Origin: an uncultured delta proteobacterium
GTDB lineage: Bacteria; Desulfobacterota; Desulfobacteria; Desulfobacterales; UBA11574
DNA: 64,000 nt
Direction of reading: 5' to 3'
Assembly (NCBI GenBank): GCA_963731025.1
Contig: CAVSVL010000042.1
Span: 9,576-73,575, forward strand
The position numbers and the translations under genes are program-made. This document shows, one piece after another, positions 1-10,563 of this stretch (positions are counted from its first letter, which is position 1; each line of letters opens with the position of its first letter). The notes under the pieces were generated by a model. That model did no database searches and was not told the DNA's origin. It worked only from the letters and a program-made list of their open reading frames with translations.

Positions 1-40
1 TACCAATCACCCCGGTTGAGCCTGCAACAAATACCTTCAT
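1..40 (-). CDS. 5' end of a Rossmann-fold NAD(P)-binding protein (SDR/epimerase-like); gene runs off the left edge
   Basis: Minus-strand ATG at 40..38 preceded by GAGGAA. Reads MKVFVAGSTGVIG, a GxxGxxG dinucleotide-binding N-terminus. Only 13 codons visible. Confidence 0.35.
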   Translation of the reverse strand, partial: MKVFVAGSTGVIG

Positions 41-149
41 TAGAGTTCCTCATTACGCAACGCGACTAACGGCGCCGTTCAACTGTACACACCCAGCGCG
101 TGTCCAGATGCCTAGGAGGTGATGCTATTCGCCGCGTAGATACAAAAAC

Positions 150-758
150 TTAAGCTCCAAGCGATCCTGTTTTCACTTCACCAACACGCTTGTAATTAGC
201 AACAATAACGCCGAGTGGCGATACTTTACTGTCAGTCAATTTGAAAGCCGCCGGAGTCGTACCCTCGGCAAATAGGCGTTTGCCTGGGCCGAGCGTTATA
301 GGGAAATGTTTGATCCACAATTCATCAGTCAAATCGTGCTTCAAGAGCGTCTGTATCAAGTTGCCGCTTCCCCAAACATGCAGGTCGGGGCCGTCCTCAC
401 TTTTAGGTTTCTTCACTTTTTCGGCAACATTGCCCGAGAGAAGCACAGAATTCTCCCAATCAAGCTTGAACGATGAATTATGAGACGCAACATACTTTTT
501 TACTTCGTTGATGCCGGGCCAACCAGCAGCGTTGTGCGGCCAGTATCCTGCGAAGATTTCGTATGTCTTCCGCCCAAGAAGCAGCTCAGATCGTTCTAAC
601 GGCATCTGCTCCCCCATCACCTTGCCCAAAAAGTCGTCCATGTAGGGACCCATCCACCCGCCATACTTGAAGCCTTCCAATGTATCTTCTTCGGAACCTC
701 CAGGTGCTTGTATAACGCCGTCGAGAGTTATGAATAATACAACAATAAGTTTTCTCAT
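150..758 (-). CDS. dihydrofolate reductase-like protein (RibD C-terminal domain family)
   Basis: 202-aa ORF with AAGGAG upstream of the ATG. Family motifs: N-terminal ITLDGV..APGG, LLLGRKTYE.F, C-terminal FPITLGPGKRLF. Confidence 0.85.
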   Translation of the reverse strand: MRKLIVVLFITLDGVIQAPGGSEEDTLEGFKYGGWMGPYMDDFLGKVMGEQMPLERSELLLGRKTYEIFAGYWPHNAAGWPGINEVKKYVASHNSSFKLDWENSVLLSGNVAEKVKKPKSEDGPDLHVWGSGNLIQTLLKHDLTDELWIKHFPITLGPGKRLFAEGTTPAAFKLTDSKVSPLGVIVANYKRVGEVKTGSLGA

Positions 759-944
759 AATTCAAACTCCTTAATCTCAATTAATTTTGGCCTAACACCG
801 TAAATCATCCGTGCCGCTTTTGCGTCGGCTGAATTTGCATGTTATACGGCCCATTTGCTTAGCTCCGTGGATCGGTCTCACCTTATTCTGGGCTCAAGAC
901 AAATAAGGCGTCCACCTCGGGATCGTTGAAAGTCGCCGTCCGGA

Positions 945-1505
945 TCACCCCTCATAGATTAAGATGACGATGCCATCACCGACCGTCTTCGATTCACTGA
1001 GCCGCAGGCGCTTCATGTCGCCCGTGTCGCCGAAAAGACGTTTGCCGGTCCCGAGAATGAGCGGAAAGACCATCAGACGCAATTCATCGACGAGGTCGTG
1101 TTCGACTAACGTCTGCACGAGCCGGGCGCTGCCATGGACGACGATGTCCCCATCCAGCTTCTGCCTCAATTTCGAGACCTCCTCCACCACATTGCCCCGG
1201 AGCACCGTCGAATTGTTCCAAGTGGCATTCCCAAGAGTCGAGGAGACGACATATTTGGGCATGCTATTGAACTTGTTTGCAAACTCGTTTTTCATGGATG
1301 GCCAGGCTGCGGCAAAGCCTTCATAGGTCACCCGCCCCAAAAGCAGCGCGACGGACGAGAGGGTTTCGTCGAGTTTGAAATTGTCGCCCTCCTCTCCACG
1401 ATTGATCTTGAAGGTCCAACCTGCGTGCTTGAAGTCCTCGCCTCCGCCTGGGGCCTCCATGACGCCGTCGAGCGAGACGAATTCGGTTACGACGATTCTT
1501 CCCAT
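945..1505 (-). CDS. dihydrofolate reductase-like protein (RibD C-terminal domain family), GC-rich paralog
   Basis: 186-aa ORF, AGGAGG upstream. Motifs VSLDGVMEAPGG, LLLGRVTYEGF, VFPLILGTGKRLF. Visibly higher GC than both neighbours. Confidence 0.85.
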   Translation of the reverse strand: MGRIVVTEFVSLDGVMEAPGGGEDFKHAGWTFKINRGEEGDNFKLDETLSSVALLLGRVTYEGFAAAWPSMKNEFANKFNSMPKYVVSSTLGNATWNNSTVLRGNVVEEVSKLRQKLDGDIVVHGSARLVQTLVEHDLVDELRLMVFPLILGTGKRLFGDTGDMKRLRLSESKTVGDGIVILIYEG

Positions 1506-1596
1506 TTTGTCCTCCTATTCGTTGTCGAAGTTAAAGTCCAATCCTATAACGATCTCTTCAAGCGGGTGCGGCTTTTTGCACTCCGTAAAAAGAGCG

Positions 1597-2256
1597 TTAG
1601 GCGTCACAATCCATCTTTTTAATTATAAAATGTGTCGCATTATCAGTGCGAACATTTTTAACACATTGATATCCCAGTGAAACTAAATCTATCTTTGAAA
1701 ATAGATTTTCCCCAGATCCTAAAAGGACGGGCGAAACAGCAATATGCATCTCATCTATCAATTTTGCATCGAGATACTGCTGAATCGTATTTACACCACC
1801 ACCGATCCTTACATCCTTACCCTCTGCAGACTCAAAAGCTCTTTCAAGCGCAGCTTGAATTCCTTCAGTAACAAAATGAAATGTGGTTCCGCCTTCCATT
1901 TCGAATGATTTCCTCTTATGATTTGTAAGGACAAAAACTGGTACGTGGTATGGTGGGTTCTTTCCCCACCAACCTTTCCATTCTTCATTAGGCCAAGGAC
2001 CTCGTAAAGGACCAAACATATTACGACCCATAATCCATGCACCAATGTTATAAAAACCACGTGATGCAAGGTCGTTGTCAACATCAGTTGTGCCTTCATC
2101 TTTTCCCATTACATATTGTTGGAATATTTTTGTTGGGAAAAACCATTTATGAAGGCTTTCACCACCAATTCCTAAAGGGTTTTTTGGACCTTGATTCAGG
2201 CCCGCACCATACCCATCGATGGAAACTGAAAAACTTTCAACACGTAACTTTTGCAT
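1597..2256 (-). CDS. dihydrofolate reductase-like protein (RibD C-terminal domain family), divergent AT-rich paralog
   Basis: 219-aa ORF. Motifs SVSIDGYGAG, IMGRNMF, HIAVSPVLLGSGENLF match the same fold with extra insertions. Confidence 0.8.
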   Translation of the reverse strand: MQKLRVESFSVSIDGYGAGLNQGPKNPLGIGGESLHKWFFPTKIFQQYVMGKDEGTTDVDNDLASRGFYNIGAWIMGRNMFGPLRGPWPNEEWKGWWGKNPPYHVPVFVLTNHKRKSFEMEGGTTFHFVTEGIQAALERAFESAEGKDVRIGGGVNTIQQYLDAKLIDEMHIAVSPVLLGSGENLFSKIDLVSLGYQCVKNVRTDNATHFIIKKMDCDA

Positions 2257-3352
2257 AATTTTACACTTTTCTAATTTACATTTTAATGACTACTTTGTAG
2301 TGTACCACCTAAAAATATGCGAAAAAACGTACATTTTTAGACGCGTAAAGGTCAACGCCGTTGACTTTTCATTCCTTCAAACGAAAACCCTCGAAGTACA
2401 TGCTTCATTGTATGTTCCTTGTATCTGCCAACCTTCCTTTAATTTCTCTATAATTATACCTCCTTTAATGCATAAGCATAAGGTTCGAAAAAAATAACAA
2501 CAACTTCAAGTGCGAGATGGTATCCAGTGTTGTCCAATTTGCTTGTCTGCGGCTAACTACACAATCCCTTAACTCAGAGGCAAATAATTTGAATGTCCGG
2601 ACACACTTTAGTGTTCAGCCTGGTTGCAACCTTCAACATTCAATAGTTTTCCAAATTTTTAGGTCTGTCTCAAGGCAACAGGCGACACCGTTTTGATCGA
2701 AGAGCTCGATTTGGAATGTCTTCAAGTGGCGTTTATGAGTTCAGGGAAAAGCCGTGGAGGTTCATCAATTTTTTGCCGGCCCATATCCTGTTGAACCGGT
2801 GTGACATTCAGTTCGTCAAAGAATTCATCCAAGGCCGGCGATTTTTCCTGTGCCAAGGAAGGCGAACAGTAATCCTCCTACCATGCAGTGTATCCATCTT
2901 CACGAAGTCGTGCGTTCTAAAGCGAATGGGTCATGGTTTTTCAGAAAGTCCGTATTGATGCGTATTCATTCTCACGCAGGTTCTCCAAGAGATCTTTTAA
3001 ACGGTCGTGTTTGCGTTTAGCAAAGACAAGATAGCTCGCCATATTGGACTCTCGGTATAAAAAGTTATTGCCTCAAAGTGGAATGTCAAGCAAATTTCAC
3101 TATATCGATATCGGAATATTTTTTTTGATTTGCAGTTCGAATCTAATTTCGTACCGAATAGGTATTAATTACTATAAGATACTATCAAAGATATAAGACC
3201 GTATTGCCAACATCATTTATAATGTTTATGGTTATACGCATCAAGTAAAGTGGTAATCATCGGTTCTATGATGGCGAGAAAGTAACCGTCGTAAAAACCG
3301 AAAACTTCTTCCAAAACATCCTTATAGAACCGGAAAATAAGGAGATAACATT

Positions 3353-3835
3353 ATGAAAACAGAAATAAAAACCATACCTGAGGGATTCCACACGGTTACT
3401 CCCTCTTTGACACTAAAAGATTCTCTGAAGGCCATTGCCTTCTACGAAAAAGCATTTGGGGCCAAAAATGCGGAGGTATTCCCATCGCCGGACGGCAAGC
3501 ACACCATGCATGCCACGATCCGGATCGGCGATTCGATCTTGATGATGGGCGATGAAATGTCCGACATGGGCTGTAAAAGCGCAGAATCCCTGGGCGCTTC
3601 GCCGATCAGTCTGTATGTTTATGTACCGGATGTGGACGCGGTTTTCGAGCAGGCGGTCGCTGCCGGAGCCACAGAAGTCATGCCGGTGGCGGACATGTTC
3701 TGGGGAGACCGTTGCGGAACACTGAAGGACCCGTTCGGCTATCAGTGGACAATCGCCACGCATAAGCGCGACCTGACCGAAAAAGAGGTTCAGAAAGGCG
3801 CCGAAGCGTTTTTTGCAGCCATGGAGAAGCCGTAA
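3353..3835 (+). CDS. VOC (glyoxalase/bleomycin-resistance/dioxygenase) family protein, PhnB-like
   Basis: 160-aa ORF with AAGGAG upstream. Motifs HTVTPSLTLKD..AIAFYEKAFGA and FWGDRCGTLKDPFGYQWTI are typical of the PhnB-like VOC subgroup. Confidence 0.85.
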   Translation: MKTEIKTIPEGFHTVTPSLTLKDSLKAIAFYEKAFGAKNAEVFPSPDGKHTMHATIRIGDSILMMGDEMSDMGCKSAESLGASPISLYVYVPDVDAVFEQAVAAGATEVMPVADMFWGDRCGTLKDPFGYQWTIATHKRDLTEKEVQKGAEAFFAAMEKP

Positions 3836-3846
3836 ACGCCAAAAGG

Positions 3847-4121
3847 CATGGAGGAAAAAATCACGCCCCATATATGGTTCAATAAAGAAGCTAAAGAAGC
3901 GGCCAGATTTTATACCTATTTTCTCTAACTCCAAAATTACGCACATCACGACGATCCATGAGGTTCCGACGCCGACAGGAGATTGCGACATCATATATTT
4001 TGAACTGAACGGGCAACCTTTTATGGCAATCAACGCCGGGCCGCTTTTCATGTTCAATCCATCAATATCTTTTACTATTCATTTTGACCTGTCGAGAGAT
4101 AAGAATGCGAGAAAAGAATGA
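3847..4121 (+). pseudogene. frameshifted and 3'-truncated PhnB-like / 3-demethylubiquinone-9 3-methyltransferase-domain (VOC) gene
   Basis: ATG 3847 reads MEEKITPHIWFNKEAKEAARFYTYFL then stops. The next frame continues SNSKITHITTIHEVPTPTGDCDIIYFELNGQPFMAINAGPLFMFNPSISF, the expected continuation of this family. Homology ends abruptly before the zinc-ribbon ORF. Confidence 0.6.
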
Positions 4122-4324
4122 AATGTCCCTCTTGTAATGTGGAAAATTCAGAAAACAGAAAATATTTCCGCAAATGCGGTGATAGGATCATACTGGTATG
4201 CAATAATTGCGGTTTTGAAAACTTTTCCGAAGACAAATATTGTGGAAAATGCGGACAGGCATTAGTGAAAGCACCCAAATCTCATCTGTTCAATTATAGT
4301 CGTCCCAATTCCTTTACATCCTGA
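4118..4324 (+). CDS. small double zinc-ribbon protein (possibly an N-terminal remnant of a larger zinc-ribbon signalling protein)
   Basis: 68-aa ORF with two CxxC...CxxC ribbons (CPSC..CRKCG, CNNCG..CGKCG). No downstream catalytic domain. Confidence 0.45.
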   Translation: MKCPSCNVENSENRKYFRKCGDRIILVCNNCGFENFSEDKYCGKCGQALVKAPKSHLFNYSRPNSFTS

Positions 4325-4505
4325 TTCAAAGGGTCAAGCCACGTTTCTTATGTTCCCGGTTTTAAAATTGCCGGCATTCGGTGATGAATATCCCGGACTA
4401 AATCACTGGATTGTGTGGATGAATATGGCCGATGTATAAAATGTCTTGAGGAAAAGCCATCAAAAGCATAGCCTTATTATATTGAACATAGGTTTACATT
4501 AATTA

Positions 4506-5267
4506 ATGGGTAAGAATAACTTTAAAGATCATTTTTCTGTTCATTCTGAAAAATACGGCAAATATCGTCCAGATTATCCGGCATTACTATTTAAATTCTT
4601 ATCATCAATAACACCGGGGCATGATCTTGCATGGGACTGTGCAACAGGGTCAGGGCAAGCCGCTCATGGTTTGGTAGAATATTTCCAAAAAGTAATTGCG
4701 ACTGATGCCAGTGAACAGCAGATTAAGAATGCAATCCGTCATAAAAAAATTTTATACAAAGTAGCGCCTGCCGATAAAACTACAATCCAGACTGAATCAA
4801 TTGATTTGATAACTGTAGCACAAGCATTACACTGGTTTGAATTTGACCAGTTCTACAAGGAAGCTAAGCGGGTTCTGAAGCAAAATGGTATTATTGCGGT
4901 TTGGACATATAATTTGCTAACTATTTCTCCAGAAATAGACTCTATTATCAAACATTTTTATTTTAACGTTGTTGGTGAATTTTGGCCTCCTGAAAGAAAA
5001 CTCGTCGAAAATGGATATGAGAATATACCTTTTCCGTTCCATAAATTGCATAGCCCATCTTTTCGCATGTCAGCAAAATGGACCATCAAACAACTTATTG
5101 GTTACATTAGTACCTGGTCTGCTGTAACGCGTTACAGGGATAATAAAGGTAATGATCCGATTGAATCGATTGAAAAAAAATTGACCAAGTTATGGGATAT
5201 CAGCTCGGACTTTATGGAAATTCATTGGCCGTTATCCATATTGATCGGTAAAAAGACAGCCACATAG
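4506..5267 (+). CDS. class I SAM-dependent methyltransferase
   Basis: 253-aa ORF. SAM motif I LAWDCATGSGQAA, acidic motif II ATDAS, motif post-II DLITVAQALHWF (Methyltransf_11-like). Confidence 0.85.
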   Translation: MGKNNFKDHFSVHSEKYGKYRPDYPALLFKFLSSITPGHDLAWDCATGSGQAAHGLVEYFQKVIATDASEQQIKNAIRHKKILYKVAPADKTTIQTESIDLITVAQALHWFEFDQFYKEAKRVLKQNGIIAVWTYNLLTISPEIDSIIKHFYFNVVGEFWPPERKLVENGYENIPFPFHKLHSPSFRMSAKWTIKQLIGYISTWSAVTRYRDNKGNDPIESIEKKLTKLWDISSDFMEIHWPLSILIGKKTAT

Positions 5268-5638
5268 CACAATAACGTATGTTTGTCTTGTTTTAAATAT
5301 ATGGTTGACAGCATCTTTAGCTGTTGCACCGGCGATTACGGTGATCCACTCTTCCAAGGAACTGCATCATGTCTGGAGGGCAACACATTAAATTATGTCA
5401 TTTGAGGTTAGAAAATTCATAATTTAGGTTATCCTTGTTCAATTTTGACGCCGGTCTTGGCTCGGTTATTATGATAATTATATTTTTGACAAATAATTTA
5501 CCCAAAAGCGAAGGATTGAAAGAAAAATGAACACATTAACCAATCGATGCATCAAGGTGTGTTGCATGAAAATAAATGATGATTAGATTATGTGCGGACA
5601 AAGTTAAATTGTCTTAATCCTTTCGAAAGGAGGGCTGG

Positions 5639-5791
5639 ATGATGAAAGAAAAAAAAGTTTCCAGAAAGGAACAACTTTGTATCAGCGAATGCATTCATAA
5701 ATATTGGAGGCATCCGGATATAAGTATAGAAGACGATCATCGAAACCAAAACTATGAAAAATGCTTAACATCATGTAATATTTGTGGATAA
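5639..5791 (+). CDS. hypothetical small Cys-rich protein (50 aa), below the ORF-track cutoff
   Basis: Hand translation: MMKEKKVSRKEQLCISECIHKYWRHPDISIEDDHRNQNYEKCLTSCNICG. AAAGGAGGG 5 nt upstream of the ATG. Cys pattern C-x3-C ... C-x3-C-x2-C. Confidence 0.4.
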   Translation: MMKEKKVSRKEQLCISECIHKYWRHPDISIEDDHRNQNYEKCLTSCNICG

Positions 5792-5886
5792 TGGTTAAAT
5801 TTGGGGGCAACCCTTTAATGAAAGCATGCATGAAACCGTGCGATTTTCAGGGCCACCCCCTTTTATCATTTTTGAATCTAATTCGG

Positions 5887-6489
5887 TCAACTTGCCGCTC
5901 TAAAATGTTCGTCAACTTTATTCCAATTAATCACATTAAAAAACGCTTCAATATACTCAGGTCTGCGGTTCTGATATTTTAGATAATAGGCATGTTCCCA
6001 AACATCGAGTCCCAACAATGGTGTCTTACCCTGACTCAAAGGACTATCCTGGTTTGGGGTGGTGGTAATTTGTAGATCATTGTTATCCAATACCAGCCAT
6101 GTCCAGCCGCTTCCAAAGAGCAGGGCGGCAGCGTTGGAAAACGCCTTTTTAAAGCTATCAAAACCTCCGAACTTGTTATTGATGGCGTTTTTTATTTTTC
6201 CTTCTAATTTTACATCTTTTTTCAATAGCGGCCAGAAGAACGAGTGATTCACGTGTCCTCCGCCGTGATTTCTCACGGCAGTTCTGATGGTTTCCGGAAT
6301 CGTGTTCAGATTCTTCAGCAACTTTTCCGGTTTCATATCTTGTAACGCCTTTTGTCCTTCTAACACGGCGTTTAATTTGTCAATATATGTCTGATGATGC
6401 TTTGTGTGATGGATCCTCATGGTTTGTTCATCGATATAAGGTTCCAGGGCGTCATAGGCATATGGAAGTGGTTCTAATTTGTGGATCAT
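5887..6489 (-). CDS. Fe/Mn-family superoxide dismutase
   Basis: Motifs [25 protein letters not shown] and DVWEHAYYL. Start moved to the internal ATG at 6489 ([10 protein letters not shown]), which has GGAGGTG 6 nt upstream. The longer ORF-track start lacks an RBS. Confidence 0.95.
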   Translation of the reverse strand: MIHKLEPLPYAYDALEPYIDEQTMRIHHTKHHQTYIDKLNAVLEGQKALQDMKPEKLLKNLNTIPETIRTAVRNHGGGHVNHSFFWPLLKKDVKLEGKIKNAINNKFGGFDSFKKAFSNAAALLFGSGWTWLVLDNNDLQITTTPNQDSPLSQGKTPLLGLDVWEHAYYLKYQNRRPEYIEAFFNVINWNKVDEHFRAAS

Positions 6490-6787
6490 AATAACACCTC
6501 CATGTATTAAAAAAATCAACCGTGGTTGATTTGATGATATGTTCAATTTAAATAATTATTACGCATTGCTATCCAACTCGTGTTTGTGCATAAACGGTTT
6601 TTGGTAAAAATTCATGTAATATCGCACATCAATTAAAATATTCATTTTAATACTTTCGTCAACATTATACGATTAAAACGAATGATGAAATTCTTGGGAT
6701 ATCCAACTTAAAATGCATTGAAGGACGATATTTATTGGTTATATTGTTCCATATAAATGTTTGTTCTTAATCCAACGAGGAGGCCCT

Positions 6788-8155
6788 ATGACATTAAAAG
6801 CAATCAATCCCGCAAACGGCAATACGATCAAAATTTATGAAGAAACACCCTTCGATAAAGTTATAACATGTATAGAAGGTGCACATCAGGCATTTAATTT
6901 TTGGAAGGATACGCGTTTCTCCCAACGGGCAGGATTAATGAAGAAAGCTTCTCAAATCTTAACCGAAAACAAGGAAGAATATGCAAAGATAATGGCCATG
7001 GAAATGGGAAAGCCCATCCGGCAAGGCCGTGCAGAAGTTGAGAAATGCGCATGGGTGTGTGAATACTATGCCGATAATGCTTTCAAAATGTTGGAGCCCG
7101 AGAAAATTGAGACCGACGCAAGTAAGAGCTTCGTATCGTTTCAACCCTTGGGCGTTATCCTCGCTATCATGCCATGGAACTATCCTTTTTGGCAGGTTTT
7201 TCGATTTGCGGCTCCGGGACTAATGGCCGGCAACGCCGTTGCGTTGAAACACGCTTCGAATGTGCCGGGTTGTTCTCTGGCCATCGAAGACGTTTTCGGC
7301 AAGGCTGGGTTTCCCGAAAACCTTTTCCAAAATTTATTAATTCCCAGCAAACACATACAGCAAGTTATGGAACATCCACTGATACAAGCCGTAACCTTGA
7401 CCGGAAGTAATTTTGCGGGTCAGGCAGTAGCGGCCAGTGCTGGAAAATTGCTAAAAAAATCGGTGCTCGAACTTGGCGGAAGTGATCCGTATATCATTTT
7501 AGAGGACGCAGATCTTGAAGCTGCAGCCAAAACATGTGTAGAAAGCAGACTTCTGAACTCCGGTCAAAGCTGCATTGCCGCGAAACGCTTTATCGTCATC
7601 GATGCCGTCCGCCAACGATTTGAGGATATGTTTATAGACCACATGCGAGCAAAAAAAATGGGAAACCCCCTGGAAGAAGACATTGACATCGGACCTCAAG
7701 CACGTTTCGACCTGCGCGAAAATCTTCACCGGCAGGTCGTCCGAAGCATTGAAAAAGGAGCAAAATGTCTTCTCGGCGGAGAAATCCCCAAAGGGAAAGG
7801 GGCTTTTTATCCTGCAACGGTTCTCAGCGCCGTTGAAAAAGGTATGCCCGCATATGAAGAAGAAATTTTCGGGCCGGTAGGCGCAATCATCTCTGCTAAA
7901 GATGAAAGAGAGGCCATTCAAGTCGCAAACGATTCATCTTTCGGTCTTGGTGCGGCCATTTTTACCAAAGATATCGAACGCGGCGAACGGATTGCCACAC
8001 AAGAACTGGAAGCCGGATGCTGCTTTGTGAACGCCTTTGTAAAATCAGACCCCCGGCTTCCCTTCGGGGGTATCAAATCAAGTGGTTACGGACGCGAGCT
8101 TTCGCACTACGGCATCAAAGAGTTCGTCAATATTAAAACCGTCTATGTTCACTGA
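6788..8155 (+). CDS. gabD: NAD(P)-dependent succinate-semialdehyde dehydrogenase (aldehyde dehydrogenase superfamily)
   Basis: 455 aa from the ATG at 6788 (GAGGAGG upstream). ALDH motifs ELGGSDP, catalytic Cys in SGQSCIAAKRF, EEIFGPV. Length and N-terminus match the SSADH/GabD1 subgroup. Confidence 0.85.
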   Translation: MTLKAINPANGNTIKIYEETPFDKVITCIEGAHQAFNFWKDTRFSQRAGLMKKASQILTENKEEYAKIMAMEMGKPIRQGRAEVEKCAWVCEYYADNAFKMLEPEKIETDASKSFVSFQPLGVILAIMPWNYPFWQVFRFAAPGLMAGNAVALKHASNVPGCSLAIEDVFGKAGFPENLFQNLLIPSKHIQQVMEHPLIQAVTLTGSNFAGQAVAASAGKLLKKSVLELGGSDPYIILEDADLEAAAKTCVESRLLNSGQSCIAAKRFIVIDAVRQRFEDMFIDHMRAKKMGNPLEEDIDIGPQARFDLRENLHRQVVRSIEKGAKCLLGGEIPKGKGAFYPATVLSAVEKGMPAYEEEIFGPVGAIISAKDEREAIQVANDSSFGLGAAIFTKDIERGERIATQELEAGCCFVNAFVKSDPRLPFGGIKSSGYGRELSHYGIKEFVNIKTVYVH

Positions 8156-8209
8156 TACCTGTTCGTTCAGAGTTTTACTTCCTTATTTATGAAGGGGTCC
8201 CCGTTGCTT

Positions 8210-8542
8210 TCAATAAGGGGTTTTCTCTGCCGGTCGCCGTTCTGGAACGTATTCGTGAGGTATGTTATCCTCGTTCCATTCTTTTGAAACATAAAGGTTG
8301 CAGTAACAACTGCCATATTCTTCGATATCCGGTACACTGTAAATGCATGGACAGATAATATCCCGGTCGGCCTTTCTGTCTCCCGAGAGCAGTCTGCAGG
8401 GACACCCCATATACCCGTAACGGTCTTTATTCGTAATCAGAGCTTCTAAAAGCTCAAAGGTTCTTTCTTTGTTTTTATTAAAAAAGTAACCTTTGGGCTC
8501 CTGAACCTTCTTCATCATTTCATAAAGTTTTTGAGCATCCAT
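8210..8542 (-). CDS. ferredoxin-thioredoxin reductase catalytic-subunit-like protein
   Basis: MDAQKLYEMM... with the FTR-B Cys signature CPCR..(x)..CPC..(x)..CYC. ATG 8542 lies 1 nt after the corrected aconitase stop (TAA-T-ATG) with GGAG upstream. Confidence 0.8.
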   Translation of the reverse strand: MDAQKLYEMMKKVQEPKGYFFNKNKERTFELLEALITNKDRYGYMGCPCRLLSGDRKADRDIICPCIYSVPDIEEYGSCYCNLYVSKEWNEDNIPHEYVPERRPAEKTPY

Positions 8543-8543
8543 A

Positions 8544-10486
8544 TTATGCGGCTCCTTGTTTTTTTCGCACAACATTGATCAGGCTCCCTTCCAGAACCAT
8601 TTCAATCTGGCGATCACTCAACGCATGTTCCGTTTCATAAGTTTCATTTTTAGTTTTATTGGTGATTCGGATGCGTTTACCCTGACGCAAACCCGACGAA
8701 TATCTTTCGTTTCAAGTTCATCTTCCTGTTCAATTTTATCGTAGTCTACAGGATCGATAAAGGTAAGCGGCAATATTCCAAAGTTGATTAAATTTTGCCA
8801 GTGGATACGCGCAAAACTCTTGACAATGACGATTTTAAGCCCCAGATAACGGGGGGCCAGTGCAGCGTGTTCACGGCTGGATCCTTGTCCGTAATTGTTA
8901 CCTCCCACCACGACAAAGCCCCTTTGCTGGTGTTTTATGGCCCGATCGTAAAAGTTTTCATCGATCCGGCTAAAGGCATATTTACTGATTTCCGGAATAT
9001 TGCTGCGGAAAGGCAGAATTTTAGCGCCTGCAGGCATGATCTCATCGGTCGAAATATTATCTCCTACTTTCAGCAGAACCTTACCGGAAATGGTATCGGG
9101 CAGCGGATCGAACGGCGGTAGCGGCTTGATGTTTGGACCTTTTTCAAGCTTGATGTCTTTTCCAGAATCCGGAGGAGCGATTAACATCTGGGTGTTGATT
9201 TGAATCCCCTCAGGCTCTTCATAGTGGGGATATGGCATGTCCAGTGCACGAGGGTCGGTGATGACACCGGTTAATGCAGAAGCAGTCGCTGTTTCCGGGC
9301 TGCACAAATACACTTGATCTTCTTTGGTGCCGGAGCGGCCTGGAAAATTTCGAGGTACGGTTCGCAGGCTGATTTTTCCGGTAGCCGGTGCCTGTCCCAT
9401 GCCGATGCATCCATTACATCCGGCCTGATGAATGCGTGCTCCGGAACGGATCAACTTTTCTAAAAATCCTTTCACTGTCAAATTTTCCAGTATTTGTCGT
9501 GATGTGGGGTTGACATCAAAAGAAACACGACCATGGACTTGCCTGCCGTCTACCATTAGGGCAGGCATGACAAAATCTCGAAACCCCGGATTGGCGGATG
9601 AACCGATATAAGACTGGTAAATCTCGCGGCCTGCAACTTCTTTTACCGGGACCACGTTTCCGGGACTGCTCGGTAGCGCAATCAACGGCTCTAAACCGGA
9701 CAAATCGATTTCATCGGTTTCGTCATAGGCGGCGTCTTCATCGGCCAGAATGGAGGTCCAAACTTTTTCTCTATCCTGGGTTTTTAAAAATCTTCGCACG
9801 GCCTCATCCGATGGAAACACTGAAGTCGTAGCCCCAAGCTCGGTTCCCATGTTGGCAATCACGTGCCTGTCCATTGCCGACAGACGGTTTAATCCCGGGC
9901 CATAATATTCAATGATTTTGCCGTATCCGCCATTGACGCCATGCCTTCGCAGCATTTCCAGAATGACGTCTTTGGCGCTGACCCAGTCGGGCAGACTGCC
10001 GATCAAGCGGACCCCCATAATTTTGGGCATTTTAATATAGATGGGTTCCCCGGCCATGGCCATGGCCACTTCCAGTCCTCCCGCCCCCATGGCCAGCATG
10101 CCCAATGATCCGGCTGCCGTGGTATGGCTGTCCGAACCCAGCAAAGTTCTTCCCGGAACCCCGAACCGTTCCATATGTACCGGATGGCTGACCCCGTTTC
10201 CCGGGCGACTGTACCAGACACCGAACTTTTGACAGCAACTCCATAAAAACAAGTGATCGTCGGCATTTTTAAAATCGGTTTGCAGCAAATTGTGATCGAC
10301 GTATTGAGCTGAAACCTCTGTTTTCACTCGTGGAATCTGCATGGCTTCGAATTCCAGCATGACCATGGTTCCAGTAGCATCTTGGGTGAGTGTTTGATCG
10401 ATTTTAAGGCCGATCTCTTTTCCCGGCTGCATGTTCCCATCAACCAAATGGGCTTCTATTAGTTTTTGGGTTACATTTTTTGCCAT
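8544..10486 (-). CDS. aconitate hydratase (short putative-aconitase family); frame broken about 45 codons before the true end
   Basis: MAKNVTQKLIEAHL.. with aconitase Fe-S ligand regions and the swivel-domain motif KSFARIHWQNLINFGILPL. The track ORF ends at 8618. In the adjacent frame the text continues GLRQGKRIRITNKTKNETYETEHALSDRQIEMVLEGSLINVVRKKQGAA to TAA 8546..8544. Total length is 3n-1. Confidence 0.9.
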
Positions 10487-10563
10487 AGATATTCCCTCCA
10501 CGGATCATATAATTATTTCTATAGAAAACAATATACATTAAATAGTGAAAAGTGAATAGTAAA

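Noticed and set aside
2690-3042. Possible degenerate toxin-antitoxin or small regulatory genes on the minus strand (MASYLVFAKRKHDRLKDLLENLRENEYASIRTF and following frames).
   Set aside because: The reading frame is broken several times, and I could not match any fragment to a family with confidence.
3121-3150. tRNA-like T-loop sequence GCAGTTCGAATCT.
   Set aside because: The flanks do not form a T-stem, acceptor stem or anticodon arm. It is an isolated match only.
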